The position numbers were made by a program, and so were the translations under genes. From assembly GCA_051294375.1 (NCBI GenBank), contig CM119270.1:5681452-5745451 (forward strand): a DNA stretch of 64,000 nt, read 5' to 3'. The DNA is from Paraspadella gotoi (taxonomy: Eukaryota > Animalia > Chaetognatha). The notes below the pieces were generated by a model that was not told the DNA's origin, ran no database searches, and saw only the letters and a list, made by a program, of their open reading frames with translations. Positions 46,901 through 59,926 of this stretch are shown here, in pieces. Every line of letters starts with the position of its first letter. The first letter of the stretch is position 1.

Positions 46901-48785
46901 TTTCTACTTTAGGCCGAAAGGCTATCAACGGCCTTTACTTTTATTTAGAAAAAAGTTTGAGAAAAAATGATGCAGTGATTGTTGAAAACTGTATTAAAAG
47001 GTTAAAGGATGAAGAAAAAAGATACATTTTGACATTCAGAGACCATAATTCAAGAACTTTGGTAGACAACCTGAATGAAAGTGAGGTTACCAATTTTGAT
47101 AAGATCTCCATTGCTGTAACTTTTCTTAATCATGGTCTCAATTTTATAGATTTTGTGGACTTATTTGTAAATAGTGGCATTAAAAGTGAATCTGATGAAA
47201 GTACTATTTCCAGAGTTGTTTGGATATTAGAAAAATATGGTAATACTATGTATGTTAGAAATGACTGCGAAGAAACTTTTCTCTTTCGCTGTTTTCAAGA
47301 TGCTAAAGACCATAACCAAGCTGCTTTGAAGGTTCTCAAAAAAATTTCAAAGAGCCATATACCTTTAGCTCTCATCCCATTAAAAAATTCCATCAACAAT
47401 GAAAAAGAAGTAAGTACCCAGTAAAAAGTTGAAAAAAAGGTGTAAAAATGAATTTAAAAGAAATTGTTATTTTTTTAGGTATGGAGTGGAACTACGAGTC
47501 CAATCGTATTTTTTCATGGAGATAAAATCAAAATCATAGGCGGATCTATTCAAGTTCAAGATAAAGATAATACAGAAAGAGGGTAAGACAATTGATGATG
47601 TTATATCCAGATTCACATACCAACTATTTAAAACACTTTTACGTATATTTTCGTAGCTTTAACTATCCGGAACCAAACATCCTCTGGTCCTTTTGCCCGA
47701 AAGAGCGAAAATTTTACCGCCAGGAAACCGTTGGGGACGTTCCACAGAAATCGCGGGCCGCTGCCTCGGGAATTATCTCAGAAACCAACGACAATATTAC
47801 CAAGTATTATCTAATAGCGTTTGGAGGGTGGCTAAGTGAAAATAACGTATCAAATGAAGTCTACAGTCTTGATTTGGAAACGTTAGTTTGGAAAAATCTT
47901 AAGGTTGACCCATCAGTGCCGTCCCAAATCAAACCGGCAATGTTAGATCGTCATGCTGGTTGGGTCATTGGGAGTGATTTTTACTCGTTTGGGGGATGGA
48001 GCTACCAAAAACATGAAATTAATCATTCAGAGCCAAGCAGTGAGTTAACAAAAAACATCGACCTATCAAAAATTAAAGAAACTGAAGATAATCTCACTAC
48101 CCAAAATGACGATGCTTCCATGGACAAAAAAAGGAAAAGGAAAAAATCACGGACGTCCAGTAACGGCAATTCCGAGCCAGTTCCAAATTACACTGTTCAT
48201 TCCAAAAATGGAATGAGCAACAACATAATAATCCGCTTCAATCGCCCCCTTTTGGAAAATCGCAACTGGGAACATATCCCCGTAACGGGGAGCGTTCCCT
48301 TACCGCGGCACAGAGTCGCCCATTGTCTCACTAAGAAAGGCGATTTTTACATGTACGGCGGGATGAGAGGCAACGATCGATCGAGCGAACTCTTTCGCTT
48401 TTCACCCACAGTCAGCAAATGGACGAAAGTTAAATTCATTTCACAGGATATTCCTCCTCCTTTGAGTGACGCCACATTGAGCTCATTGACGCCTTATAGA
48501 TTTCTTCTTTGTGGCGGAGGGACTGTTAAACAGACTCTTCAGCGCAGGAGCTGGATCATTGATGTAAAAGAAGGCAGAAGCTCAGACGAACTCTTGGCAA
48601 CGGTAAAACCTTTGCTCACAATGTTGCCCAGCCTTGACGCAGAGAATAAAGGCCAAGGCATTTGGCGCCACAGAGACGTTCTCTGGGTTGAAGGAGAAAA
48701 AGTCTTTCTGATCGGGGGAGATCAGAATGAGAAAAAAGTTTGTGATTTTATAGTTGAAATGGAAGTCTCGCATCTGATGGATTGA
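43918..48785 (+). CDS. XK-related membrane protein fused to a C-terminal Kelch beta-propeller, paralog 2 (~1190 aa)
   Basis: Exons 43918-44183 (ADLITDCILAEHY), 45318-47409 (FHEAFLESAPQFVLQ), 47479-47582 (VWSGTTSPIVFFHGDKIKIIGG) and 47657-48785 (LIAFGG, FYSFGG, FYMYGG, FLLCGG and VFLIGG Kelch motifs with downstream W). All introns are GT-AG with matching phases (2, 0, 2). Confidence 0.82.
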
Positions 48786-48887
48786 AAACAAACAAGTTTG
48801 AGCAAACAATGTCGGATCTGCCTACAATAATTAAGCGGTAATCAGCGAATCAGATGATAAATCACAATATTTTTTTAAAAAATTTTT

Positions 48888-49160
48888 TAACTCGCATCAT
48901 TTTTTCAACTTGCATCATTTTTTAAACTCGCATCATTTTTTCCACGCACATAATTTTTTCAACTCACATCATTTTTACAATTCGCATCGTTTTTTTAAAT
49001 TGCATCATTTTTTAACTTGCATTATTTTTTTGAACTTGCATCATTTTTTTTAACTTTCATATTTTTTTTAACTTGCATCATTTTTTTAACTTGCATCATT
49101 TTTTCAACTTGCATAATTTTTTCAACTTTCATAATTTTTTTAAATTGCATCATTTTTTCA
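48888..49160 (+). repeat. ~20-bp minisatellite (AACTTGCATCATTTTTT)
   Basis: About 13 degenerate units downstream of the Kelch stop. Confidence 0.9.
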
Positions 49161-49229
49161 CATTAATTATTTAATTAATTAATTAATTAAAACATTTATT
49201 AGTAATCATAAATAATAAAGATTCAAGTA

Positions 49230-50355
49230 AATGTGACTTATGTTTTTTCTATTTAAACTAATTTCCACTGGCAAAATTCCGTCAAAACTTTATATCTAGC
49301 TTCTTCACACACTTTCCTACCCGCTCACAAAATTTCATCTCAATCTATCATGGGTTAAAATAAGTAAAAAGATTTTTTTCATTTAAACTCATTTCCACTA
49401 CCGAAACTTTATATCAAGCTTCGTCACACACTTTGCTACCCACACACAAAATTTCAACTCAATCTATCCATCCAATTATGATTAATTAGAGTATTTATTG
49501 GTTAAAATAAGTAAAAAGATTTTAGTAAATGCGACTTATGTTTTTTCCATTTAAACTCATTTTCACTCACACGAATCCATCAAAACTATATATCCAGCTT
49601 CATCACACACTTTCCAACCCACACACAAAATTTCATTCCAATCCAACCAGCCAATCACGAGTTATTGGAGCTTTTTGCTAAGGTGGGACGGATGGACGGA
49701 TTGATTGACTGATTAATTAATTATTAATTAATTAATTAATTGATTAATTAACTGCTTAATTATTTGATTTATTAATATATATGTATATATATATATATGC
49801 ATATACATTTAATATAAAAAGAAAAAGAAGCATAATTAATTAGTGAAACAGTTTTTTTTGTTTTTTTCCATTTAAACTCATTTCCACTCAAACGATTCCA
49901 TCGAAACTTGATTTCCTGTTCAATCACACACTTTCCTACCCACATACAAAATTCCAGGTCAATCACCCCATTCACTCATGAGCATTTGGTGTTCAAATAG
50001 TGAAATATATTTTTTTGTTTTTTCCATTTAAACTCTTTTCCACTCGCACGATTCCATCAAAACTTCATATTCACTTCATATCCCCTACCCACACACAAAA
50101 TTTCATTCCAATCCATCCATCCAATCACGAGTAATTGGTGTTTTTAGATAAGGTAGGACGGACGGACGGACGGACGGACGGACGGACGGACGGACGGACG
50201 GACGGACAGACGGACGGACATCGTTTTTTTTGCATAATTTATCATAATTCGATGTTCTGACATGATATAAGTTAGTGCCCGACAATACTCAGGGGGTGGA
50301 CCGACGGACCGACAAAGTGAATTATAGAGTCGGGATCTGCTCATGAGCTAAAAAA
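49230..50355 (-). mobile_element. DINE-1/HINE-like (Helentron-associated) non-autonomous element with internal core repeats
   Basis: The minus-strand head TTTTTAGCTC...GACTCTATAATTCACTTTGTCGGTCCGTCGG, a (GTCC)n microsatellite at 50156-50220, and ~5 copies of a ~120-150-bp core (atttaaactcatttccac...cacacactttcctacccacacacaaaatttca). Family assignment is by resemblance only. Confidence 0.55.
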
Positions 50356-50775
50356 AAAAAGATTTTAAATAAACCCCTTCGTGATTTCGGACAACGGTGG
50401 GGATCGCCTTAGTGAGGCGTGATTAAGTCTCTGCCCGAGTTTCTATTACGAGTACTTGTCTGTGATACATATGTCATTAATTATTAATCTGGTTATTTTC
50501 GTCATGTCACTTGAAAATGTACCCTGTTGTCTTTTTTGCCCTGTTGCAATGCTGATTTTATAAATGATTAAAAAAAAAAAGCATAAATAGCCCTAATCTA
50601 ATGTAGGATCAAAATTATAGGAATACTTTATTATTACAATAAAATAATTTTTAATCCATAAATGTTTTTGGAGAATATCCGCTCTTCATCGTCGCAAGTG
50701 ATAACAATTTTTAAACTTTCATTTAGCTTTACTAAAGAATCATATTAACTAATAGAGTAAATGTTCTATTCCTAC

Positions 50776-50990
50776 TTTTTAGTTGCGCAGCTCGTACTCG
50801 CGGAGCAACTCTATAAGTCACTTTTCGGTCGGTCTGTCGGTCGGTATATCTGTCCGTCGGTCTATCCCACTTACGTTAAAAATGCACATAATTTGCCTAT
50901 AGTTAGTTGCTCATTGTTAAGGCAAAAAAAAAAAACAACTCAAATCTAAAGGACTGGCTCGCGCCACCTTCAGGAAATCCTAAACTATAA
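50776..50990 (+). mobile_element. Second, short HINE-like element head, oriented away from the first
   Basis: TTTTTAGTTGC...GCAACTCTATAAGTCACTTTTCGGTCGGTCTGTCGGTCGG: subterminal hairpin plus GTCG repeats, similar to the head at 50355. The 3' end is uncertain. Confidence 0.5.
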
Positions 50991-53900
50991 AGTATAAAAG
51001 ACGAATTTCGATGCAGTGCGTGTCATAAATACATAGCCTAAGAAAGTTTATACAGTCATGTAGTCATATCATATCAAGAGAAATACACGTAACAATAAAA
51101 TTACTGCGGCGCAACACATTGGATGAACCGATCTTGTTACTTTACCTCTTTCTGCAACGCTAATTAGAGATTGCCTGTCATTGTAAAACAGTAAAATCAA
51201 AATAATAATGATGCCTCAACTGTAATTTTTATTTATCTCAAAGGGCTTTCGTCCTTAACACGTTTAGACTCCAGTACAAATACAACATCAGGGAAAACCA
51301 AATCATATTTAGGGAAAAAAAATAAACTAAGTTTAAACAAAAGAGAGATTTTTTTTTCCCTTCGTTTGCGCCAAAGCTCTGAGGCCGATAACTGAATGAA
51401 ACAAAAAAGCCTTAATCTGCAGAAATGATGAAGGGAGATGATCATCTGTTAATGGATGATGCAGAGACGAATTTCTGCTAAAGAGATGATGTTTACAAGA
51501 TAGAAAGCACGTTTATTTGGTGGGATTTCTGCAGCGAAAAGGCGAGAGAGAAAATAAATTTTCTGGACACAAAAGAAATTAACTTTTGAAACTGTATCAT
51601 CAAAATGTGTGATTTAATGAGAATTTTCAAATAATGAATGCGTCGTAAAATTTTCAGGAGACAGTTCACATATTTTAATATTTCAGTGCTTCAAGAAATA
51701 GATCATAATAAAATCAAACAAATTCATTAAATTCTCTTTATATCTACGCAATATTTTTTTGTTGAAAACTACATTAGACAACATTATAATATTTCCTCAT
51801 AATATTTGCTATAAAGCTTAATATGTTAAGATATGTGACAAAATCAAAATCGTTTTTCCGAACTAAAAACAATAACACATTTATTTAGTAATAATGAGTA
51901 GAAAATGCCGAATGAAAATTCATTAGTTTCGTTTTCTTCCATTATTCATTATCTGTCATAAGATCTTAATATTTTCAACAATGATTATATTTTTTTAAGG
52001 CGAATCCCTTGTAGTGGGTAAAAAAAAATTGGTTATACGATACAATGTATTATTTTTCTTACAGTAAAAATAGTCTATTATTGGTTAATATTCTCTAGTC
52101 AGGAACTTCCAGAAATCCAAGCTTTATAAATCAAAATACCTCTTCATATTTATGTTTGAGAGAAAAAGGATCCTCTGTTGTCACAATAAAACGGGTCATA
52201 CTCTGAAAATTAAAAAATCCCATTTCACAGAATAATGACTTCAGCGATGTTGTTTTGCTTTTAGAGAACAAAGAATATAAGTCAAACTAATTAACGGAGC
52301 CCTTGAGTAAAAAAAAAAAAAGATAAAAGAACAGTTATTATTGTTCCCCAAAAATGTATGAACAACATTGTAAAAAAAAAAAAATCAAGGAATGTATGAC
52401 TTAAAATAAAAATACAAAAAACGACCGAAATTATATAACGGTGAAAATAGATTGGAAACGAATTTTTCAACAAAAAAAAAAATTACACTTTCGTTTGTGT
52501 TTAATTTGTGATAGAAGCGATTGTAGCGGAATTTTTTTTTTTTTGGGGGGAGGAGGGGAGTGGGGAGTGGGGAGTGGGGAGGGCAGGGATGCGACAAGCG
52601 GCGAACGGAAAGCCTCGGTTTGGTTACAGGGACAAGCTTCATGACACGAAAAAAAAAAAAAGATTTTGTGACAGTCGACAGAGTAGAAGGAATAGGAAGA
52701 ATGAGGCGAGGCGCGTCGGGGATTTGAAGCGGAGAGGGGAAAACTTCTCTAAAGTGGGGGGGGGGACAGGTTAGAACTATCGTAATTTGATGGGCGGGGG
52801 GGGGGGAAATAAGATTTTAGTCTCAGCGTAAAAAGCGAGAGAAGATACCCCTTCTCTTACGGCCACGTTGTCGTTTCATTCAAAAGAGAGAGGGGGGGAG
52901 AAAGAGACGAAAGGCGTTTTGAGGAATAGAAAGAGAAAGACAAAAAAGATAGCAGGCGCCGGAAAGAAAGAAGAAGAAAAAAAAAAAAAAAAGGAACGAT
53001 ATAAACTCGCTCGGTCGTCTTGAACGGTGAATCTAACCGTCAACTTTCGCCAAAATGGGAAAGAGACTAGAAAAGAGAGGAGCGTCACTTTTTTTTTTCG
53101 CAATGACAACTTGACTAGAAATATATATTTATATTCTATTTATATATGTATAGATTTCGGTATTAGACCGAAAAAAAGGGGGGGGAAGTGGATTTTGTTT
53201 GGATGGGGGGGGGAGAAATTGTTGACGACTTTTTCTTTGTTTTTTTTTGTTTTGAAACAACGAAACGGGCGGGAGCTTCAAAAAATCGACCTCGGGCGCA
53301 CATTCGTGAACCCTATGTTACGATTCGAGCCGCACTCACACTCGCACACTCTCAGTCAGTCGAACACACTCACGCTCACACGCTCATGACGAGGCAACGG
53401 AATAAAGTCACGGGTGTGAGAACCGCGTTTGATTTGCGATCACATTGTTTGTGTTTAGGATTTGTTTGTTTGTTTGTGTTTAGGATTTGTTTTTCTTGTT
53501 TGCCAGATTCGTTAAGGAGTAACAAGATGTGTTTTTTTTTCGGGAGGCCAGTGGTAAATGAAACTAAGAAGGGAGGCGGAGTTGATTTTTTTTTTTGGGG
53601 GGGGATCAATATCATTTGCTTTTTTTTTTTTTTTTAATCATCAATTAAAATCTATATCAATTAAAAAGAGTAAATTTAAATTACAAAACGCTCAGCCCGA
53701 TATTATGGTACAAAAATATATATATATATGTATATTGTGTTTCATTTTAAAACTAATAACGATTCAATACGCAAATTTACCATTTTAATTATTAAATGAA
53801 TCAATGTTTATCTTTCAAGGGTATTTTTTTTCCTAGAATAGGCTGGAGCCTAGAAATAAGATAATGGGTCCATGTTGACCGGGCTCACGATAATAACTAA

Positions 53901-56900
53901 AACAAAAATATTCCCATAGTATGGGCCATACAACCCTTTTCACTAACCAATAGAAAACTGACGACATAACCTTTTTTTAGTGGGAGGGCGGACTAAAAAA
54001 AAAAAAAAACAAGAGAAATTTCTAGTTTTGTTAGAAAAAAAAATAATATAATGTGTTTTTTTTTGTTGTTTGCAAAGATGCTTCCTCAAAAATCAGCGAA
54101 TTCCTTGGCGCATTTTTCCGAGGCCGAGATTCTGAGTGGCTCTTCGTCGTAGTCGTCGAAATTCGAGGGATCTCCCGGACCCCACCCCCTTCTCTCTCCC
54201 CCCCCCCACCGATTTTTCCCCATCGACCCTCTTGACCCCCCCACCAGGTCGAAGCCCGTTCATTCCCAAGTGCAAGGGTCCGTGGAGATTCCTCGAATTT
54301 CGACGACTACGACGAAGAGCCACTCAGAATCTCGGCCTCTCGTGAAAAATGCGCCAAGGAATTCGCTGATTTTTTGAGGAAGCATCTTGCAACAACAACA
54401 AAAAAAAACATTATATTATTTTTTTTCTAACAAAACTAGAAATTTCTCTTGTTTTTTTTTTTTTTTTTTTTGCCGCCCTCCCACTAAAAAAAAGGTTATG
54501 TCGTCAGTTTTCTATCTGGTTAGTGAAAAGGGTTGTATGGCCCATACTATGGGAATATTTTTGTTTAGTTATTATCGTGAGCCCGCGTAAACATGGACCC
54601 ATTATCTTATTTCTAGGCTCAGCCTATTCTAGGAAAAAAATACCCTTGAAAGATAAACATTGATTCATTTTAATAATTAAAATGGTAAATTTGCGTATTG
54701 AATCGTTATTAGTTTTAAAATAAACACATATACATATATATATATATTTTTACCATAATATCGGGCTGAGATCGTTTTGTAATTAAATTTACTCTTTTTA
54801 GATATAGATTAATTGATGATTAAAAAAAAAAAAAAAAGCAAATGATATTGATCCCCCCAAAAAAAAAATCAACTCCGCCTCCCTTCTTTAGTTTCATTTC
54901 CACTGGCCTCCCCCAAAAAAAAAAACATCTTGTTATTCCTTAACGAATTGGCAAACAAGAAAAAACAATCCTTAAAACACAAACAAACAAACAAATCCTA
55001 AAACACAAACAATGTCGATTCGCAAATCAAACGCGGTTCTCACACCCGTGACTTTATCCGTTCTTGCCTCGTCATGAGCGTGTGAGCTGGAGTGTGTTCG
55101 ACTGACTGAGAGCGTGTGCGAGTGTGAGTGCGGCTCGATCGTAACATTAGGGTTCACGAATGTGCGCCCAGGGTCGATTTTTTGAAGCTCCCGCCCGTTT
55201 CGTTGTTTCAAAACAAAAAAAAACAAAGAAAAAGTCGTCAACAATTTCTCCCCCCCCCATCCAAACAAAATCCACTTCCCCCCCCCTTTTTTTCGGTCTA
55301 ATACCGGAAATCTATACATTATATAAATAGATATAAAATATATATTTCTAGTCAAGTTGTTCATTGCGAAAAAAAAAAGTGACCTCCTCTCTTTTCTAGT
55401 CTCTTTCCCATTTTGGCGAAAGTTGACGGTTAGATTCACTCGTTCAAGAACGACGCCGAGCGAGTTTATATCGTTCCTTTTTTTTTTTTTTTTCTTCTTC
55501 TTTCTTTCCGGCGCCTGCTATCTTTTTTGTCTTTCTCTTTCTATTCCTGCAAAACGACCTTTCGTCTCTTTCTCCCCCCCTCTCTCTTTGTTGAATGAAA
55601 CGACAACGTGGCCGTAAGAGAAGGGGATCTTCTCTCGCTTTTTACGCTGAGACTAAAATCTTATTTCCCCCCCCCCGCCCATCAAATTACGATAGTTCTA
55701 ACCTGTCCCGCCCCCCCACTTTTAGAGAAGTTTTCCCCTCCCGCTTCAAACCCGACGCGCCTCGCCTCATTCTTCCTATTCTCTTCTACTCTGTCGACTG
55801 TACAACAAAATCTTTTTTTTTTTTTCGTTGTCATGAAGCTTGTCCCTGTAACCAAACCGAGGCTTTCCGTTCGCCGCTCTGTCGCCATCCCACTGCCCTC
55901 CCCACTCCCCACTCCCCACTCCCCATCCCCCCCCAAAATAAAAAGAAAATTCCGTACAATCGCTTCTACCATCACAATTAATAACACAAACGAAAGTGTA
56001 ATTTTTGTTTTTGTTGAAAAATTCGTTTCCAATCTATTTTCACGCGTTATATAATTTCGGTCGTTTTTTGTATATTTTATTTAAGTCATACATTCTCTTG
56101 ATTTTTTTTTTTTACAATGTTGTTCATACATTTTGGGGGGAACAATAATAACTGGTTCTTTTTATCTTTTTTTTTTTTTTTACTCAAGGGCTTCGTTAAT
56201 TAGTTTGACTATAGTTCGTTCTCTAAAAGCAAAACAACATCGCTGAAGTCATTATTCTGTGAAATGGATTTTTTAATTTTCAGAGTATGACCCCGTTTTA
56301 TTGTGACAACAGAGGATCCCTTTTTCTCTCAAACATAAATATGAAGAGGTATTTGATTTATAAAGCTTGGATTTCTGGAAGTTCCGGACTAGAGAATATT
56401 AACCAATAATAGACGTATTTTTACTGTAAGAAAAATAATAACATTGTATCGTACTAACCAATTTTTTTTACCCACTACAAGGATTCGCCTTAAAAAAATT
56501 ATAATCATGTTGAAAATATTAAGATCTATGACAGATAATGAATAATGGAAGGAAACGAAAACTAATGAATTTTCATTCGGCATTTTTGCTACTCATGTAT
56601 TACTAAATAAATGTGTTATTGTTTTTAGGTTCGGAAAAAACACGATTTTTGATTTTGTCACATATCACAATTAAGCTTACTAAGACATATAGCAATAGAT
56701 TATGACAGTGAAAATGTTATAATGTTGTTCAATGTAGTTTCCCAAACAAAACAAACATATTGCTAGCATTAATAAGGAGAATAAATGAATTTGTTTGTAT
56801 CTTATATGATCTATATTCTTGAAGCACTGAAATATTAAAAATATGGAACTGTCTCCTGAAACATTCTAGACGCATTCATTATTTTGGGAAAATCTCTCCA

Positions 56901-59900
56901 TTATAAATCACACATTGTTGATGATACGTTCAAAAGTTAATTTCTTTGTGGGTCCAGCAAACTTTACTTTCTCTCTCGCTTTTCGCGTCAGAATCCCACC
57001 AGACTAAACGCTGCTTTCTCCTCTTGACACATCAATCTCTTTTTAGCAAGAAAATTCGGTCATTCCTGTTCATCCAATACACAGGATTGATCCATCTCCC
57101 CTTCATCATCTGCATCATTCAAGGCTTTTTTGTCTTTCATTCAGTTATCCGGCCTCAGACTGGCGCAAAGGAAGAAAAAAAACTCTCTGTTTAACTTAGT
57201 CTCACTCAAATATGCGATTTGTTTTCCTGATGTTGTATTTTACTGGAGTCTAAGACGTGTTTAAGGACGAAAAGCCCTCTATGATGATAAAATAAAAATT
57301 ACAGTTGAGAATCAATTTTATAGTTCATTTACTGCTTATACAATGACAGGCAATCTCTAATTAGCGTTGCACAGAGAAAGACGGTAAACGTAAAAAATCG
57401 TTCATTTCCAGATGTGTTGCCCGCCGCAGTACATTTTATTGTTACGGTATTTCTCTGATAGTGATATGGACTACATGAACTGTATAAAACTTTTTTAGGC
57501 CTATGCTTTTATGGACAACGCACTGCACTCGAACAATTCGTCTTTTTATCACTTTATAGGTTTAGGATTTCATGAAGGATGGCGCTGAAGCAGTCCTTAG
57601 ATTTGGTGTTTTTTTTGCCTTAACCATAGACGTGAGCAACAACTATAGGCAAAATTATGCTGATATTTAATCGTTAAGATAGCTGCGAGGATACTCAGAC
57701 CGACGGACAGGATATACCGACCGACAGACCCCGAAAAGTGAGACTTATAGAGTTGCTCGCGAGTACGAAGTCTGCCGCAACTAAGAAAGTAGAAATAGAA
57801 ACATTACTCTATTAGTTAATATATTCTTTAAGGTAAGCTAAATTGAAAGTTTTAACAAATTGTTATCACTTGCGGACGATGGAAGGAGCGAGACATTCTC
57901 CAAAACATTTATGGATTAAAAATATTTTTATTGTCATAATAAGTATTTCCTATAATTTTTGATTCCTACATTAGTATAGGGCTATTTATGCTTTTTTTTT
58001 TTGTAATTCATTTATAAAGTCAGCATTGCAACAGGGGCAAAAAAGATCAAAAGGGGTACATTTTCATAGTGGACACCTTGAACCGAAAATAACCAGACCA
58101 TTAATAAATTAATAGACTATGTATCACAGACAATACTCCGTAATAGAACTCGGGACAAGAGAACTTAATCACCGCCTCACTAAGCGATCCCCACGTTGTC
58201 CGAAGATCACGAAGCGGTTTATTTAAAATCTTTTTGTTTTTGCTCGTGAGCAGATCCCGAACTCTATAATTCACTTTGTCGGTTCCGTCAGGTCCACCCC
58301 CTGAGTATGTTTTTTTTTTCGGCACTAACTTATATCATGTAGACAACATCGAATTATGCATAAATTATGCAAAAAAAAACGCATGTCCTGTGCCTGTCCG
58401 TCTCCGTCCGTCCTCGTCCGTTTGTCCGTCATCCGTCTGTCCGTCCTCACGCTTATCTTAAAAACACCCCAATGACTCGTGATTGGATGGATGGATTGGC
58501 GAATGAAATTGTGTGTGGTAGGGGATATGAAGAGTCCGTATATGAAGTTTCTGATGGAATCGTCGCGACGCTTGGGAAAGATTTAAAATGGAAACAAAAA
58601 AACAACCCAAAAATATATTCTATGCTTCGGACACCCAAAGTGCTCATGAGTGAAGCGGAGTGATGACCTGGAATTTTGATAGTGCGGGTAGGAAGGTGTG
58701 ATTGTGACAACAGGAAATCAAGTTTTCGATGGAATCGTCTTGAGTGGAATATGGCAGTGTTAAATGGGAAAAAAACCAAAAAAACTGGTTTCACTAACTA
58801 AATTATGCTTCTTTTTCTTTTATACTTACATGTAATTGCATATGGATACCCTATATATACATATTACTTTAATAAACTCAATAATTACAGCAGTTTAATT
58901 AAATCCATATTAATTAATTAATTAATAATTAATTAATCAGTCAATCAATCCGTCCATCCCGTCCCACCTCTAGCAAAATGCTACGTCAATACTCGTGATT
59001 GGCTGCGTTGGCATTGGAGATCGAAATTTTGTGTGGTGGTTGGAGCAAGTGTGTCATTGAAGGCTGGATTACTTAGTTTTTGATGGATTCGTCATGTGAA
59101 GTGAAGAATTGAGTTTTAAATGGAGAAAAAACATAAGGTCTCGCATTTACTAAAATCTTTACTATTTTAACCAATAATACTCTAATTAATCATAATTTGG
59201 ATGGATAGATTGAGTTGAAATTTTGTGTCTTGTGCAGGTAGCAAAAAGTGCATGTGACGAAGCTCTGATATAAAGTGTTAACTCATGGATATGTAGGAAA
59301 TCGAGTAGATCCATTGCAAAACTAATCTTGTTTATTAATTATTAACCGCATGATAGATTGAATATGAAATTTTGTGAGCGGGTAGGAAAGTGTGTGATAG
59401 AGCTAGTGATTAAGGTTTTAACGGAATTTTCGCCAGTGGAAATTAGTTTAAATAGAGAAAAAACATAAGTCCCCTTTACTTGAATCTTATATTTATGATT
59501 ACTAATAAATGTTAGATTAATTAATTAACTTTTTAATAATTAATGTAAATGATAGTAAAAAAATAATAGATTAAACAATTATTTAAATGACGCAATTAAT
59601 ATTGCAGTTAACAATATGACGAAAAAAAAATTATGCAAGTGGTGAAAAAACAATAGTTAAAAAGACAGTTAAAAAAAGATGCGAAGTTTAGAAAATATGT
59701 ATAGTAAAAAAAATATGTGTGAATTCAATTAAATAAAAGCGATGCTTTAATTAAAAATGATGCAATTAAAAAAACGATGACAATTGTATGCGCATTAAAA
59801 ATGAGCGAGTCTAATAAATACAGTTAAAATTTTCTAAAAAATATTGTATTTATACATCTGAATTCGCTTGTTACCGCTATAATTATTGTAGGCAGATCAA

Positions 59901-59926
59901 CATTGTTTGCTCAAACTTGATGTTGT

